NCBI GenBank assembly: GCA_964612925.1 | Contig: CAZTFU010000002.1 | Location: 42,196-106,195, forward strand | Source: an uncultured Clostridium sp. | Lineage (GTDB): Bacteria; Bacillota; Clostridia; Christensenellales; CAG-138 | Direction: 5' to 3' | Length of the DNA: 64,000 nt | Part shown: positions 1 to 9,263 of the stretch, in pieces | How positions within the stretch are numbered: position 1 is the stretch's first letter | Layout of the letters: every line of letters begins with the position of its first letter | Program-made: the position numbers and the translations under genes | Notes under the pieces: model-generated | Seen by the model: only the letters and a program-made list of their open reading frames with translations | Database searches by the model: none | Told to the model about the DNA's origin: nothing

Positions 1-193
1 ACGACAGCATGTGTTTGGTGGTTGCTTTCATCTTTCCCTCCATGTAGTTTTTTGTGTGGATTCTTGGTGACATGTCTGTGAATACCGCGTGACATATTAC
101 CCTATGAGATTCTAACATGACGCTATATATAAAATCAAGCTAAAAAGGCTTTTTTCAAATAAAAAAATGCTTGCCCATATTGGCGAAATATGA

Positions 194-222
194 TTGCATT
201 AAGAAATGAACAATGCTATAAT
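194..222 (+). promoter_or_regulatory. putative sigma-A promoter for the polysaccharide locus
   Basis: TTGCAT (194-199), 17-nt spacer, TGcTATAAT extended -10 (214-222). Lies in an AT-rich region upstream of the first locus gene. Confidence 0.5.
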
Positions 223-383
223 TTTATAGATTCGGTCTTATGCTTTTCGCAATGCGCGAACGAGCATGGGCGGAATGAGGGGGAAAATACGGCATGATAA
301 CGTCACCGTCCGGCTTTTTGGCGGAGGAACAGGTTTGTGTTCAAATAAAAAAGCCGGGACTTAGACCGCAAAAGGGATATTTA

Positions 384-950
384 ATGGCGAAGCGCATCTT
401 TGATGTTTTGTGTTCGCTGTTTTGTATACTTGTGCTTGCGATACCGATGCTGATAATCGCCCTTATGATAGCGATAGATTCACACGGAGATCCCATTTTT
501 AAGCAGGAGAGACTTGGATTAAACGGAAAACCGTTTCTTATATACAAATTCAGAACTATGCGTGCAGATGCGGAATTGAACGGGCCGCAATGGGCAACGG
601 AAGACGATCCGCGCTGCACGGAATTTGGCAGGTTGCTGAGAAAAACGAGACTGGACGAGCTACCTCAGCTTTACAATATATTGCGCGGAGAAATGAGCTT
701 TGTGGGACCAAGACCCGAAAGAGCTTGTTTTTATGAAGAATTCGAAAAGTATATTCCCGGGTTTTCCTATCGCCTGATGGTGATACCCGGGTTGACGGGT
801 TATGCGCAGGTCAACGGAGGGTATACGCTTTTACCTGAAGAAAAAATCGTTTATGACATTGAATATATTGAACATAGGTCAGTTTGGATGGATATAAAGT
901 GCCTTTTTATGACGGTGAAGGTTCTTTTCAATGGGGACGGAGCATGGTAA
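384..950 (+). CDS. small monotopic phosphoglycosyl transferase (undecaprenyl-phosphate sugar-phosphate transferase), EpsL/PglC-like priming enzyme
   Basis: Track ORF 294..950. The MAKRIFD start at 384 fits remembered N-termini of small bacterial sugar transferases. One hydrophobic helix; motifs KFRTM, RLDELPQL, SFVGPRP, GLTGYAQV. Alternative start at 294 is preceded by GAGGGGG. Confidence 0.9.
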   Translation: MAKRIFDVLCSLFCILVLAIPMLIIALMIAIDSHGDPIFKQERLGLNGKPFLIYKFRTMRADAELNGPQWATEDDPRCTEFGRLLRKTRLDELPQLYNILRGEMSFVGPRPERACFYEEFEKYIPGFSYRLMVIPGLTGYAQVNGGYTLLPEEKIVYDIEYIEHRSVWMDIKCLFMTVKVLFNGDGAW

Positions 951-998
951 CATGCCGCAAATAAAAAACGGAGAAGCGAGTGAAGGAAAGTATACTGT

Positions 999-1805
999 AT
1001 GAATGAAGTTCAAAACCCTCAGGTGAATTCGGGCGGCGAAGAAATATCGCTGTGGGACATAGTCAATATACTCTTGCGGCGGTGCTATTGGTTGTTGCTT
1101 GCGGGAATGGTTTTCGGTGCGGCAGTGTACTTTGCGGTATCGTTTCTTGTCACGCCGACGTATGAATCAAAAGTAAGCTTTTATGTATACAACAGTTCGA
1201 ACAATGTAACGCAATCCGGCACCATAAACAATAGTGACTTGCAGGCGGCGGAAAGCTTGGCCACAACTTATTCGAAGATACTTGAGAGCAACTCGGTTCT
1301 GGATGCCGTGCTGGAGGATATGGGTTCGGACACGGCGCTTTCCAGAAAAGACCTGAGCGAAATGATAGATGTATCCGTGATATCAAACACACAGCTGCTT
1401 GAAGTGGTGGTATCGACATCAAGTCCCGATTTTTCTTGCGCAATAGCGGAAGCTTTTGCCAATGTGGCTCCGACGCAGATAGTGCGCATTACAAAGGCGG
1501 GCGGGGTAGAAGTGGTTGATCAGCCCGAAGTTGCAACGGAAAAATCGTCACCGAGAACGGTTTTTGACTGTATTCTCGGCTTTTTGATAGGGGTATTTAT
1601 AGCGGCCGTTATATTGATAACGCGAATGCTGTCCGATACTACGATATATCTGCCTGAGGATGTTGATAGAATGACGGGTGTTACGGTTCTTGGGCAAATA
1701 CCGAACATTAACGTAAAGGATGTAGAACGCAGCGAATGGACATTGACTGAAGGGAGGGCAAATCACAATGACTCACAAGACAAAAAGCCGCGCGGCAGCA
1801 AGTGA
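999..1805 (+). CDS. Wzz/CpsC-type polysaccharide co-polymerase (transmembrane modulator of the BY-kinase)
   Basis: N-terminal and C-terminal hydrophobic helices flank a soluble loop. Sits directly upstream of, and overlaps, the tyrosine-kinase gene. GAAGGAAAG RBS. Confidence 0.85.
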   Translation: MNEVQNPQVNSGGEEISLWDIVNILLRRCYWLLLAGMVFGAAVYFAVSFLVTPTYESKVSFYVYNSSNNVTQSGTINNSDLQAAESLATTYSKILESNSVLDAVLEDMGSDTALSRKDLSEMIDVSVISNTQLLEVVVSTSSPDFSCAIAEAFANVAPTQIVRITKAGGVEVVDQPEVATEKSSPRTVFDCILGFLIGVFIAAVILITRMLSDTTIYLPEDVDRMTGVTVLGQIPNINVKDVERSEWTLTEGRANHNDSQDKKPRGSK

Positions 1806-2532
1806 AGCCATTGCGGTGAACCGTAAGCGATTACTTGGCAACAATTCACCGTTTGCGATTAAGGAAGCCTATGTTAAGCTTCGTACAAGTTTGATGTTTT
1901 GCATGGCCAAGGATAAAATTCATCCGTGCAGAACATTTGTCGTAACAAGCTCAAATGCATCCGAGGGGAAAAGCCTTACCGCCGCAAACATAGCCATAAG
2001 CTATGCAATGCTTGGGAAAAGCGTATTGCTTATTGATGCCGACATGAGAAAGCCGACTCAGCGGCGCCTTTGGAAGGTGAGACAGGTGGCGGGATTAAGC
2101 GATTACCTTGCGGATATTCGCAAGCTTGAGGCTGCAAAGGTAAAGGAATTGCCACTGTGGTTGGTGTGTACGGGAACGATACCGCCGAACCCTTCGGAAC
2201 TGCTTGCCTCCGATAAAATGCGTGGTTTTGTTGAGGAGTGCGCAATCCGCTATGATTATGTTATCATAGATACGCCGCCTATAAATACCGTGGCCGATGC
2301 GCAGATAATATCAACATATGTGGACGGGGTTGTTCTTGTATGCAGATCAGGAAATACAACTGCCGATGCATTGAATGCCGCTATTGATAATGTAAAGCGT
2401 GCAGGTGGAAACCTTTGCGGGGTTGTGGTGAATGATATGAATATGAAGTCCGTAAAGTACTCGTATAAATATAAATATGGGGACAAGTACGGCTACAAGT
2501 ACGGGTATTCCGAATCGTACGAGGCGCATTGA
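1768..2532 (+). CDS. CpsD/CapB-type bacterial tyrosine kinase (BY-kinase)
   Basis: Walker A SEGKS, A' LLIDADMRKP, Walker B YVIIDTPP. C-terminal tyrosine cluster YSYKYKYGDKYGYKYGYSESY (2458-2529). 38-nt overlap with the upstream gene. Confidence 0.92.
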   Translation: MTHKTKSRAAASEAIAVNRKRLLGNNSPFAIKEAYVKLRTSLMFCMAKDKIHPCRTFVVTSSNASEGKSLTAANIAISYAMLGKSVLLIDADMRKPTQRRLWKVRQVAGLSDYLADIRKLEAAKVKELPLWLVCTGTIPPNPSELLASDKMRGFVEECAIRYDYVIIDTPPINTVADAQIISTYVDGVVLVCRSGNTTADALNAAIDNVKRAGGNLCGVVVNDMNMKSVKYSYKYKYGDKYGYKYGYSESYEAH

Positions 2533-2533
2533 T

Positions 2534-3172
2534 ATGGCGATTGATGCGTCAATAGACTATCATGCACATATACTGCCGGAGTGTGACCACGGGTGCGACT
2601 GCGTTGAAACGTCACTCAAACAGCTTGAAATGGCATCTTCGGTCGGAATACATACCGTATATGCCACACCGCATTTTTATCCGCATAAGGAAACGGTAGA
2701 AGCCTTCTTGACCAAAAGAAATGCGGCGGCGAAAAAACTGAAACCGCATTTAACGGAATATACACCCAAGGTTAAGCTTGGCGCCGAGGTGCTGATTTGT
2801 GACGGAATGGAAAAGATGGGTGACTTAAAAAGCCTGTGTCAGGAAGGCACCGATGAACTTCTTCTTGAAATGCCGTTTTATCAATGGCCGCACTCAACGT
2901 GGGAAACGCTCTATTTGCTTTGCGAAAGGAGCGATATTCAAATCATTATTGCACATGCGGACAGGTATAGGCCAAAAGATATAGAAAAGCTGATTAACGG
3001 TGGTATTTCGCTTCAGCTCAATGTAAGTGGGCTTGCAAACCCGTTACGCCGCATGAGGTGTGTTTCGTGGGCAAAAAGCGGGAATGTTAAGTATATTGGC
3101 AGCGATATACATATGCTTGAGCATGCGTATAGACAATGGAAAAGGTGCGGAAGGCTGCTGAAAGGAATCTAA
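2534..3172 (+). CDS. CpsB/CapC-type PHP-family protein-tyrosine phosphatase
   Basis: N-terminal IDYHAHILPECDHG metal-binding motif, plus ATPHF and IAHADRY. The ATG at 2534 lies 1 nt after the kinase stop; track ORF starts at 2477. Confidence 0.88.
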   Translation: MAIDASIDYHAHILPECDHGCDCVETSLKQLEMASSVGIHTVYATPHFYPHKETVEAFLTKRNAAAKKLKPHLTEYTPKVKLGAEVLICDGMEKMGDLKSLCQEGTDELLLEMPFYQWPHSTWETLYLLCERSDIQIIIAHADRYRPKDIEKLINGGISLQLNVSGLANPLRRMRCVSWAKSGNVKYIGSDIHMLEHAYRQWKRCGRLLKGI

Positions 3173-3185
3173 AGAAAAGAGGAGA

Positions 3186-3962
3186 ATGACGGTGCGCGAA
3201 GGCGATACACAACAGATTACGGTTTCAATTATTATGCCGGCGTATAACGCGGAAAAGCACATAGAAGAGGCTATTTGTTCCGTGCTTTCGCAGACGTACG
3301 AAAACTGGGAATTGTTGGTGATCGACGATTGTTCTTCCGACCGCACGGCCGAATTGGCAAAAGCATTTGAAACGGTAGATTCTCGCATTCGTTTTTTCCG
3401 CAACGCTCAAAACATCGGAGTAGCCGGAACGAGGAACCGCGGAATTGACATAGCCACGGGAGAATGGGTTGCGCTACTTGACAGCGATGATTATTGGCAT
3501 AAGGACAAGCTGGAAAAACAGTTGAAGAAGGCTTATGAAAGCCGTGCAGATATTATATACTGTTCCTATACACTAGCGGATAAAAACGGCAAATGTTTGA
3601 AGGATTATGTTGTGCCGCAAAAAGCTTCCTATAATCTTGTGCTAAAGGAAAATGTATTAAGCTGCTCTACCGTGCTTATAAGGCGTTCGGCACTGATAAA
3701 ACACAAATTCAGCGAAGAGTATTACCATGAAGATTATGCCCTTTGGCTTGAGTTGCTGAGGGCAGGATACAAGGCGGAGGCGTGCAGTGAGATTCTTTCA
3801 AATTACAGAATAGCGCAGGGAACACGTTCTAGCAATAAATACAGGGCCGCAAAGAACAGGTGGATAATTTACAGAAAGGCTGAAAAATTGTCGCTTGTAA
3901 AATCCGCATGGGCTTTTATCGGCTATGCCTATTACGCTATTATCAAGCACAAGATGGTGTGA
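3186..3962 (+). CDS. family 2 glycosyltransferase
   Basis: VSIIMPAYNAEKHIEEAICSVLSQTY...LLVIDDCSSDRT and DSDD motifs (GT-A fold). The in-frame GTG at 3192 has better spacing to the AGGAG RBS. Confidence 0.88.
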   Translation: MTVREGDTQQITVSIIMPAYNAEKHIEEAICSVLSQTYENWELLVIDDCSSDRTAELAKAFETVDSRIRFFRNAQNIGVAGTRNRGIDIATGEWVALLDSDDYWHKDKLEKQLKKAYESRADIIYCSYTLADKNGKCLKDYVVPQKASYNLVLKENVLSCSTVLIRRSALIKHKFSEEYYHEDYALWLELLRAGYKAEACSEILSNYRIAQGTRSSNKYRAAKNRWIIYRKAEKLSLVKSAWAFIGYAYYAIIKHKMV

Positions 3963-3989
3963 CATGACAGAGGGAGATGCTTTACAAAT

Positions 3990-4835
3990 ATGACAGACCA
4001 TCAGACTTTGATGTTGGAAATGCTGAAGGATTTTGATGCGGTGTGCAGAAAGCATGGGATAGAATATCAGCTTTTTGCGGGCACCGCATTGGGCGCCGTT
4101 CGTCATGGGGGCTTTATCCCTTGGGATGATGATGTAGATGTTATATTACTTCGAAGCGAGTATGAACGCTTTTTTGAAGAATGCGCATCGGAGCTTGACA
4201 GTGAAAAGTATTATGTACAGCGTGAATTCGGTGAGCATTGGCCGATGCAGTTTTCAAAGCTGCGCAGGAACAATACGGCTTGCATCGAAAAATATCACCC
4301 CAAGGATAAAAAGATTCATCAGGGCGTATATATAGATATTTTTCCGTGCGATAACCTGTCGGACAACCACATAATACGGCTTATGCAATTTGCCGCGTCA
4401 AAGATAATTATTGCAAAGGCACTGTATGCGCGCGGATACGAAACGCGAAATATCGCAAAAAAGGTATTTATGCAGCTGTGCAGACCGATTTCCACAGCCG
4501 CATTGCACAGGTTCTGCATTCGCAAAAAGGATGGATCATCCGCAACGGTGCACAGCTTTTTTGCCGCGGCAAAGCGATACGGAAAAAACATATATCCGCG
4601 GGAGTGGATGACAAAAACGGTACAGCTTAATTTTGAGGATGATGCTTTTCCTGTTTCGGAATACTATGATTCGCTCCTTACCACATTGTACGGAGATTAT
4701 AATACTCCACCAAGACCTGAGGAGCGCATATGTAAAACACATGCGGAAGTTTTAGACCTTCATAATTCATATGAGCAGTATATCAAGGTACAGAATGATA
4801 TGGACTTTGAAACGCTCAGTTGCAGCATTCGCTGA
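3990..4835 (+). CDS. LicD-family phosphotransferase (phosphocholine / polyol-phosphate transferase type)
   Basis: FAGTALGAVRHGGFIPWDDDVDV, a LicD nucleotidyltransferase-fold signature, near the N-terminus. Confidence 0.85.
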   Translation: MTDHQTLMLEMLKDFDAVCRKHGIEYQLFAGTALGAVRHGGFIPWDDDVDVILLRSEYERFFEECASELDSEKYYVQREFGEHWPMQFSKLRRNNTACIEKYHPKDKKIHQGVYIDIFPCDNLSDNHIIRLMQFAASKIIIAKALYARGYETRNIAKKVFMQLCRPISTAALHRFCIRKKDGSSATVHSFFAAAKRYGKNIYPREWMTKTVQLNFEDDAFPVSEYYDSLLTTLYGDYNTPPRPEERICKTHAEVLDLHNSYEQYIKVQNDMDFETLSCSIR

Positions 4836-4858
4836 TTTTTATTTAGGAGAACAATGGT

Positions 4859-5644
4859 ATGAGCATTCAAACGCTTGTTGTTACCATAGATCAAAAAGAC
4901 CGTTCGTTGGTCAAAAAGATGAACATCCGCACGGATACCGTAGTAGGCAACCAGTGCGGCTGTGTATCCGTAGACGAATTTGAATACAACGGAAGCAAAA
5001 TAACATATTTGAACAGCGACAAACGCGGAGTGGGCAGGAACCGCAATGCCGTGCTTAATTACGCAACGGCGGACATATGCGTTTTTGCGGATGATGATAT
5101 GCGTTTTGTTGACGAATACCCCAAGCTCGTTGAAAAAGCGTTTAATTGTTGCAAAAAGGCAGATATTATAATATTTAATTTGATAGAAGCAAACCCGCGA
5201 AGGTATAGAAACAAGCGCATTTGTCGAATACGGCACCGAAACTATGCAAAATACGGCGCGGCAAGGCTTGCTGTATTAAGGCAAAGCATTGTTGGCGCCA
5301 ATATATCATTCAACACGCAATTCGGCGGGGGGTGTACATACTGTGCGGGGGAGGACACCATATTTCTAAAAGAATGTCTGGACAAAGGATTGCGGCTTTA
5401 TGCGGTTCCGTGGGCCATAGCGGAAATAGATCAATGTGCGGAATCGACATGGTTCAAAGGTTACGACGAAAAATTCTTTTCGGACAAGGGCGCACTGTTT
5501 GCCCACTTATATCCAAAACTATGGGTGCTGTGCGGTATCCGCTTTTTGGTGTTGCGAAGAAAAAAGTACAAAGACGAAATGACGTTCATCAATGCGCTGA
5601 AGTATCTTGTTAACGGAGGGCGTGCATATGCAGCAAAGCGGTAA
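4859..5644 (+). CDS. glycosyltransferase, GT-A fold
   Basis: Rossmann-like N-terminus VVTIDQKD, GVGRNRN, acidic FADDDM (DxD-like). AGGAGA RBS 8 nt upstream. Lies within the GT block of the locus. Confidence 0.7.
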   Translation: MSIQTLVVTIDQKDRSLVKKMNIRTDTVVGNQCGCVSVDEFEYNGSKITYLNSDKRGVGRNRNAVLNYATADICVFADDDMRFVDEYPKLVEKAFNCCKKADIIIFNLIEANPRRYRNKRICRIRHRNYAKYGAARLAVLRQSIVGANISFNTQFGGGCTYCAGEDTIFLKECLDKGLRLYAVPWAIAEIDQCAESTWFKGYDEKFFSDKGALFAHLYPKLWVLCGIRFLVLRRKKYKDEMTFINALKYLVNGGRAYAAKR

Positions 5645-6611
5645 AACAAGGTTCAGCATAATAGTCCCCGTTTACAATACTGCACAATATTTGGCCGATT
5701 GTATCGGATCCGTAATTGAACAGACATTCGAAGACTGGGAGCTTATTCTTGTTGATGATGGGTCAACCGACGATAGCGGTTCAATGCTTGATGAATATGC
5801 CGCAAATGACTCGAGAATTCGGGTTGTTCATCAGGACAATTTAGGGCAATTCTTTGCAAGAAGAGCGGGTATAACAACTGCACAGGGTGAATACATATTA
5901 TTCTTGGACAGTGATGATGCACTTGTAAACATTTGCATTGAAAAGGTTTATTCCGAAATTGCGACAACGGGTGCCGACATACTTCTTTTTGCGGGGAAGG
6001 TTTCTGCTTATGATAACAAACCAGAAAGGGTTATTGCACACTTTTTTAACGAAAAGAGCGATATAGACAGTGAATGGATAAAGGAAAAACTGTTATCGTG
6101 CAATGAACTTAATTCTCTTTGTATGAAAGCATTCAAAAGAGAACTGTTTTTAGGTGACACATCGGATTACACTGCTTTTTTTGGCCACTGTTGTGCCGAA
6201 GATAAGGCACAGCTTTTTTACCCCGTGACCAAAGCGACTCATTATCGCTGTATTCCCGATGCGCTATACTTGTACAGATATAGATTTGACAGCGCAATGC
6301 ATTCCTTCTCACTGCATAACGTAAAACGCATGATGGCGGAGGAAATGTTTGCCCTGCTGTATGATTATATGGTAAAGTGGGGGATGGGCACTAAAGAGCA
6401 CATTGAAAGTTATTGGGTATACTATCTGAAAAACTTTCTTACGGTATACTATAACGTAAGAAAACGATGTATTGAAAACGGTAACTACCGTGAATTCCGC
6501 AGCTTTAAATGGAATGAAATACCCGACAAGCGTTCACTTTTGTATGAGAACAGCAACTTGCTGTCAAAACGCGAGAAATTTAAGCTGGTGGCTACACTTT
6601 TCAAGCTTTAA
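5628..6611 (+). CDS. family 2 glycosyltransferase
   Basis: FSIIVPVYNTAQYLADCIGSVIEQTF...LILVDDGSTDDS and DSDD. The ATG at 5628 is preceded by GGAGGG; track ORF starts at 5607. Overlaps the upstream gene by 17 nt. Confidence 0.88.
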   Translation: MQQSGKTRFSIIVPVYNTAQYLADCIGSVIEQTFEDWELILVDDGSTDDSGSMLDEYAANDSRIRVVHQDNLGQFFARRAGITTAQGEYILFLDSDDALVNICIEKVYSEIATTGADILLFAGKVSAYDNKPERVIAHFFNEKSDIDSEWIKEKLLSCNELNSLCMKAFKRELFLGDTSDYTAFFGHCCAEDKAQLFYPVTKATHYRCIPDALYLYRYRFDSAMHSFSLHNVKRMMAEEMFALLYDYMVKWGMGTKEHIESYWVYYLKNFLTVYYNVRKRCIENGNYREFRSFKWNEIPDKRSLLYENSNLLSKREKFKLVATLFKL

Positions 6612-6625
6612 CGGAGCGAATTGAT

Positions 6626-8125
6626 ATGAGGGACTCGGCAAAGGTAAGAAAAATCAATATTGTAACAACGCTTGCAAATCAGGTTGTCACCGTGCTTTGC
6701 GGTATAATAGTACCCCGAGTTTTGCTGAAAGCATTTGGGTCGGAAACATACGGTATCACGGTTTCCATAGCACAGTTTTTGTCATACATCTCCTTGTTGG
6801 AATGCGGCATAGGCGGCGTAGCACGCGGAAAACTTTATGGGCACCTTACACGGGGTGAGAACAAAGAGGTCAGCTCGGTCTATCATGCGACAAGAAGGTT
6901 CTTTAGAAACATCGGGTTTGCGTTTATAATCTACAGCCTGATTTTGGGTATTGTATTTGTTGATATAGCACATATAAGCAGCTTTTCGCGCGGGTACATA
7001 TTTGTGCTTTTTATCGCCATAAGCATATCTACGCTTGCAAAATACATGGGCGGACTTGCGGACCTTACGCTTTTGGCGGCGGATCAAAAGCAATATGTCA
7101 ATAATGCAATAAGCATAGGCATTACGCTCTGCAATACCGTAGCCGTAGTTGTACTTACACAATCCGATTGCGATATTCTGTGGGTTAAGGTCGGTAGCAG
7201 TATAGTGTTTTTACTGCGCCCGTTAGGATACGCGCTGTATGTTTATAAGCACTATAGAATCGAAAAGCATTCCGACAAAAAGGATGTTTTGCCGCAAAAA
7301 TGGACGGGAATAGGTCAGCATTTAGCATATTTTCTACACCGAAACACGGATGTTGTTTTGCTTACGCTGCTTGCAGACCCCGGCACGGTAGCCGTATACT
7401 CGGTTTATGCACTTGTAATAAACAGCATTCGGAATTTATCGGAAGCATTTTCAGGCGGAATGGAGGCGGCGTTCGGCGAACTTATAGCCAAAGGAGATTA
7501 TGATGAGCTGAGACGCTTGTACCATAGGTACAAGGCTGTTATTACGGGCGTAGCATTTACGTTATTTGCATGCACGGGTATTCTTATTGTTCCTTTTATG
7601 CGCTTATATACGCATGAAATAACGGATGCCAATTACATTCGACCGATTTTCTCTGTGGTTTTACTGCTTGCGGAGGCCGTGAGTTGCTTTACATTACCGT
7701 GCGCAAGCTTTGCCGTTGCCGCAAATCAATTAAAGCAGACACGCTTGGGAGCCTATGGAGAAGCGGCAATCAATATTATTATTTCATGTGTACTTATTGT
7801 TTGGGATCCCCTTATCGGCGTTGCCATAGGAACGTTGGCGGCATCATTGTATAAGGCAATGTATTATATGCACTTTGCATCAAAAAGAATACTGAAAACA
7901 TCTTGGATAAATATGTTGTTGCGGTTTGTTGTCGCCGTTGCATTACTTCTTGCGGTAATAATCGGCGGTAGAATGCTTATAAGCAATATTTCGATCGACA
8001 GTTATATAGACTGGATAATCTGTGGCGCAGGATGTACAATGATAATCGGTATTCCAACGGCATTGGCAATTATACATTACATGAAAAGGACGAGGCAAAA
8101 TGAAAAAGATACTCTTTGTCAATAA
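6626..8125 (+). CDS. wzx: Wzx-type polysaccharide flippase (MOP superfamily)
   Basis: 499 aa, polytopic (roughly 12-14 hydrophobic segments). Position within a Wzy-dependent locus. Confidence 0.75.
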   Translation: MRDSAKVRKINIVTTLANQVVTVLCGIIVPRVLLKAFGSETYGITVSIAQFLSYISLLECGIGGVARGKLYGHLTRGENKEVSSVYHATRRFFRNIGFAFIIYSLILGIVFVDIAHISSFSRGYIFVLFIAISISTLAKYMGGLADLTLLAADQKQYVNNAISIGITLCNTVAVVVLTQSDCDILWVKVGSSIVFLLRPLGYALYVYKHYRIEKHSDKKDVLPQKWTGIGQHLAYFLHRNTDVVLLTLLADPGTVAVYSVYALVINSIRNLSEAFSGGMEAAFGELIAKGDYDELRRLYHRYKAVITGVAFTLFACTGILIVPFMRLYTHEITDANYIRPIFSVVLLLAEAVSCFTLPCASFAVAANQLKQTRLGAYGEAAINIIISCVLIVWDPLIGVAIGTLAASLYKAMYYMHFASKRILKTSWINMLLRFVVAVALLLAVIIGGRMLISNISIDSYIDWIICGAGCTMIIGIPTALAIIHYMKRTRQNEKDTLCQ

Positions 8126-9263
8126 CAATATGTATATAGGCGGAGTACAGAAGGCTCTTGTCAATTTGCTTAACGAGATACATGACCAATATGATATTAC
8201 ATTGCTGCTGTTTTATAAAGGAGGCGCACTAACGGAGCAAATACCGAATGATGTTACCGTTATTGAGGCACCGTTTCCGCTGTGCTGTTGGGGCATGAAC
8301 CAAAAAGATGCCGTTGGTTTTCGCAATAGATTGGGTCGAGCGTTTTTTGCGGCGACAACAAGGCTTTTTGGCAGAAAGCTTGCATTGAAAATTGCTTTTG
8401 CAAGGAAAATTAAGCTACCGAAGTATTATGCCGCCATATCCTATTTGCATAGCGGTGCGGATAAAGTTTTTTATGGCGGTTGCAACGAATTTGTATTGGA
8501 TTGCGTGGATGCGGAAAAGAAGCTGACATTTGTTCATTGCGATTATAAGCTCAGCGGTGCCGATACTCTTAACAATATCGAGCTTTACAGCCGATTTGAT
8601 GGTATAGCTACCTGCTCCGAAGGCTGTAAGGGTGCTTTTTTGCGGTGCTTACCCGAATTGAAAGATAAGGTGTTTGTTGTATCGAACTGTCAAAACTATG
8701 CGCATGTATTAAAAAGCGCAAATGAAGAAGCGCACTGTTTTGATAAAAACAAGCTTAATGTTGTTTGCGTGTCGCGCTTTGGCAGAGAAAAGGGGATGCT
8801 CAGGGCCGTTCATGCGCTTGCTTCAATCGGAAAGCGTATAAACGAACTGAGTTGCACATTTATAGGAGACGGAAAGGAACTCGATGCCGCCAAAAGGCTA
8901 ACCGAAGAAATGGGTATAGGCGAATCTATAGCATTCTTGGGAGAGAGGAAGAACCCATATGGCTATATTTCTTCTGCCGATGTACTGCTTATTCCATCTT
9001 ATTCTGAGGCGGCACCGCTGGTCATAGGCGAGGCCGCATGCTTGGCAACACCGATATTGTCCACAGAGACCTCTTCAGCTCGCGAAATGATAGAAAAAAC
9101 GGGGTTTGGATGGGTCGTCAATAATTCGGAAGTCGGCATTAGGGAAGGTATCGAAGCATTGCTGGATCATCCCGAAATGATTGCGGAAAAAAAAGAGTAT
9201 ATGAAAAATATAAACTTTGACAACAAGGTTGCCGTCGAAAGCTTTATGAGATTAGTGGGGTAA
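8100..9263 (+). CDS. family 4 (GT-B) glycosyltransferase
   Basis: C-terminal EX7E-type motif PSYSEAAPLVIGEAACLATPILST and an FIGDG motif. Overlaps wzx by 26 nt. Confidence 0.85.
   Translation: MKKILFVNNNMYIGGVQKALVNLLNEIHDQYDITLLLFYKGGALTEQIPNDVTVIEAPFPLCCWGMNQKDAVGFRNRLGRAFFAATTRLFGRKLALKIAFARKIKLPKYYAAISYLHSGADKVFYGGCNEFVLDCVDAEKKLTFVHCDYKLSGADTLNNIELYSRFDGIATCSEGCKGAFLRCLPELKDKVFVVSNCQNYAHVLKSANEEAHCFDKNKLNVVCVSRFGREKGMLRAVHALASIGKRINELSCTFIGDGKELDAAKRLTEEMGIGESIAFLGERKNPYGYISSADVLLIPSYSEAAPLVIGEAACLATPILSTETSSAREMIEKTGFGWVVNNSEVGIREGIEALLDHPEMIAEKKEYMKNINFDNKVAVESFMRLVG

Noticed and set aside
1-43. Possible 5' end of a minus-strand gene (ATG at 31-29 preceded by GGAGGG at 40-35; MKATTKHMLS...)
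   Set aside because: Only about 10 codons lie inside the window, too little to support a call.
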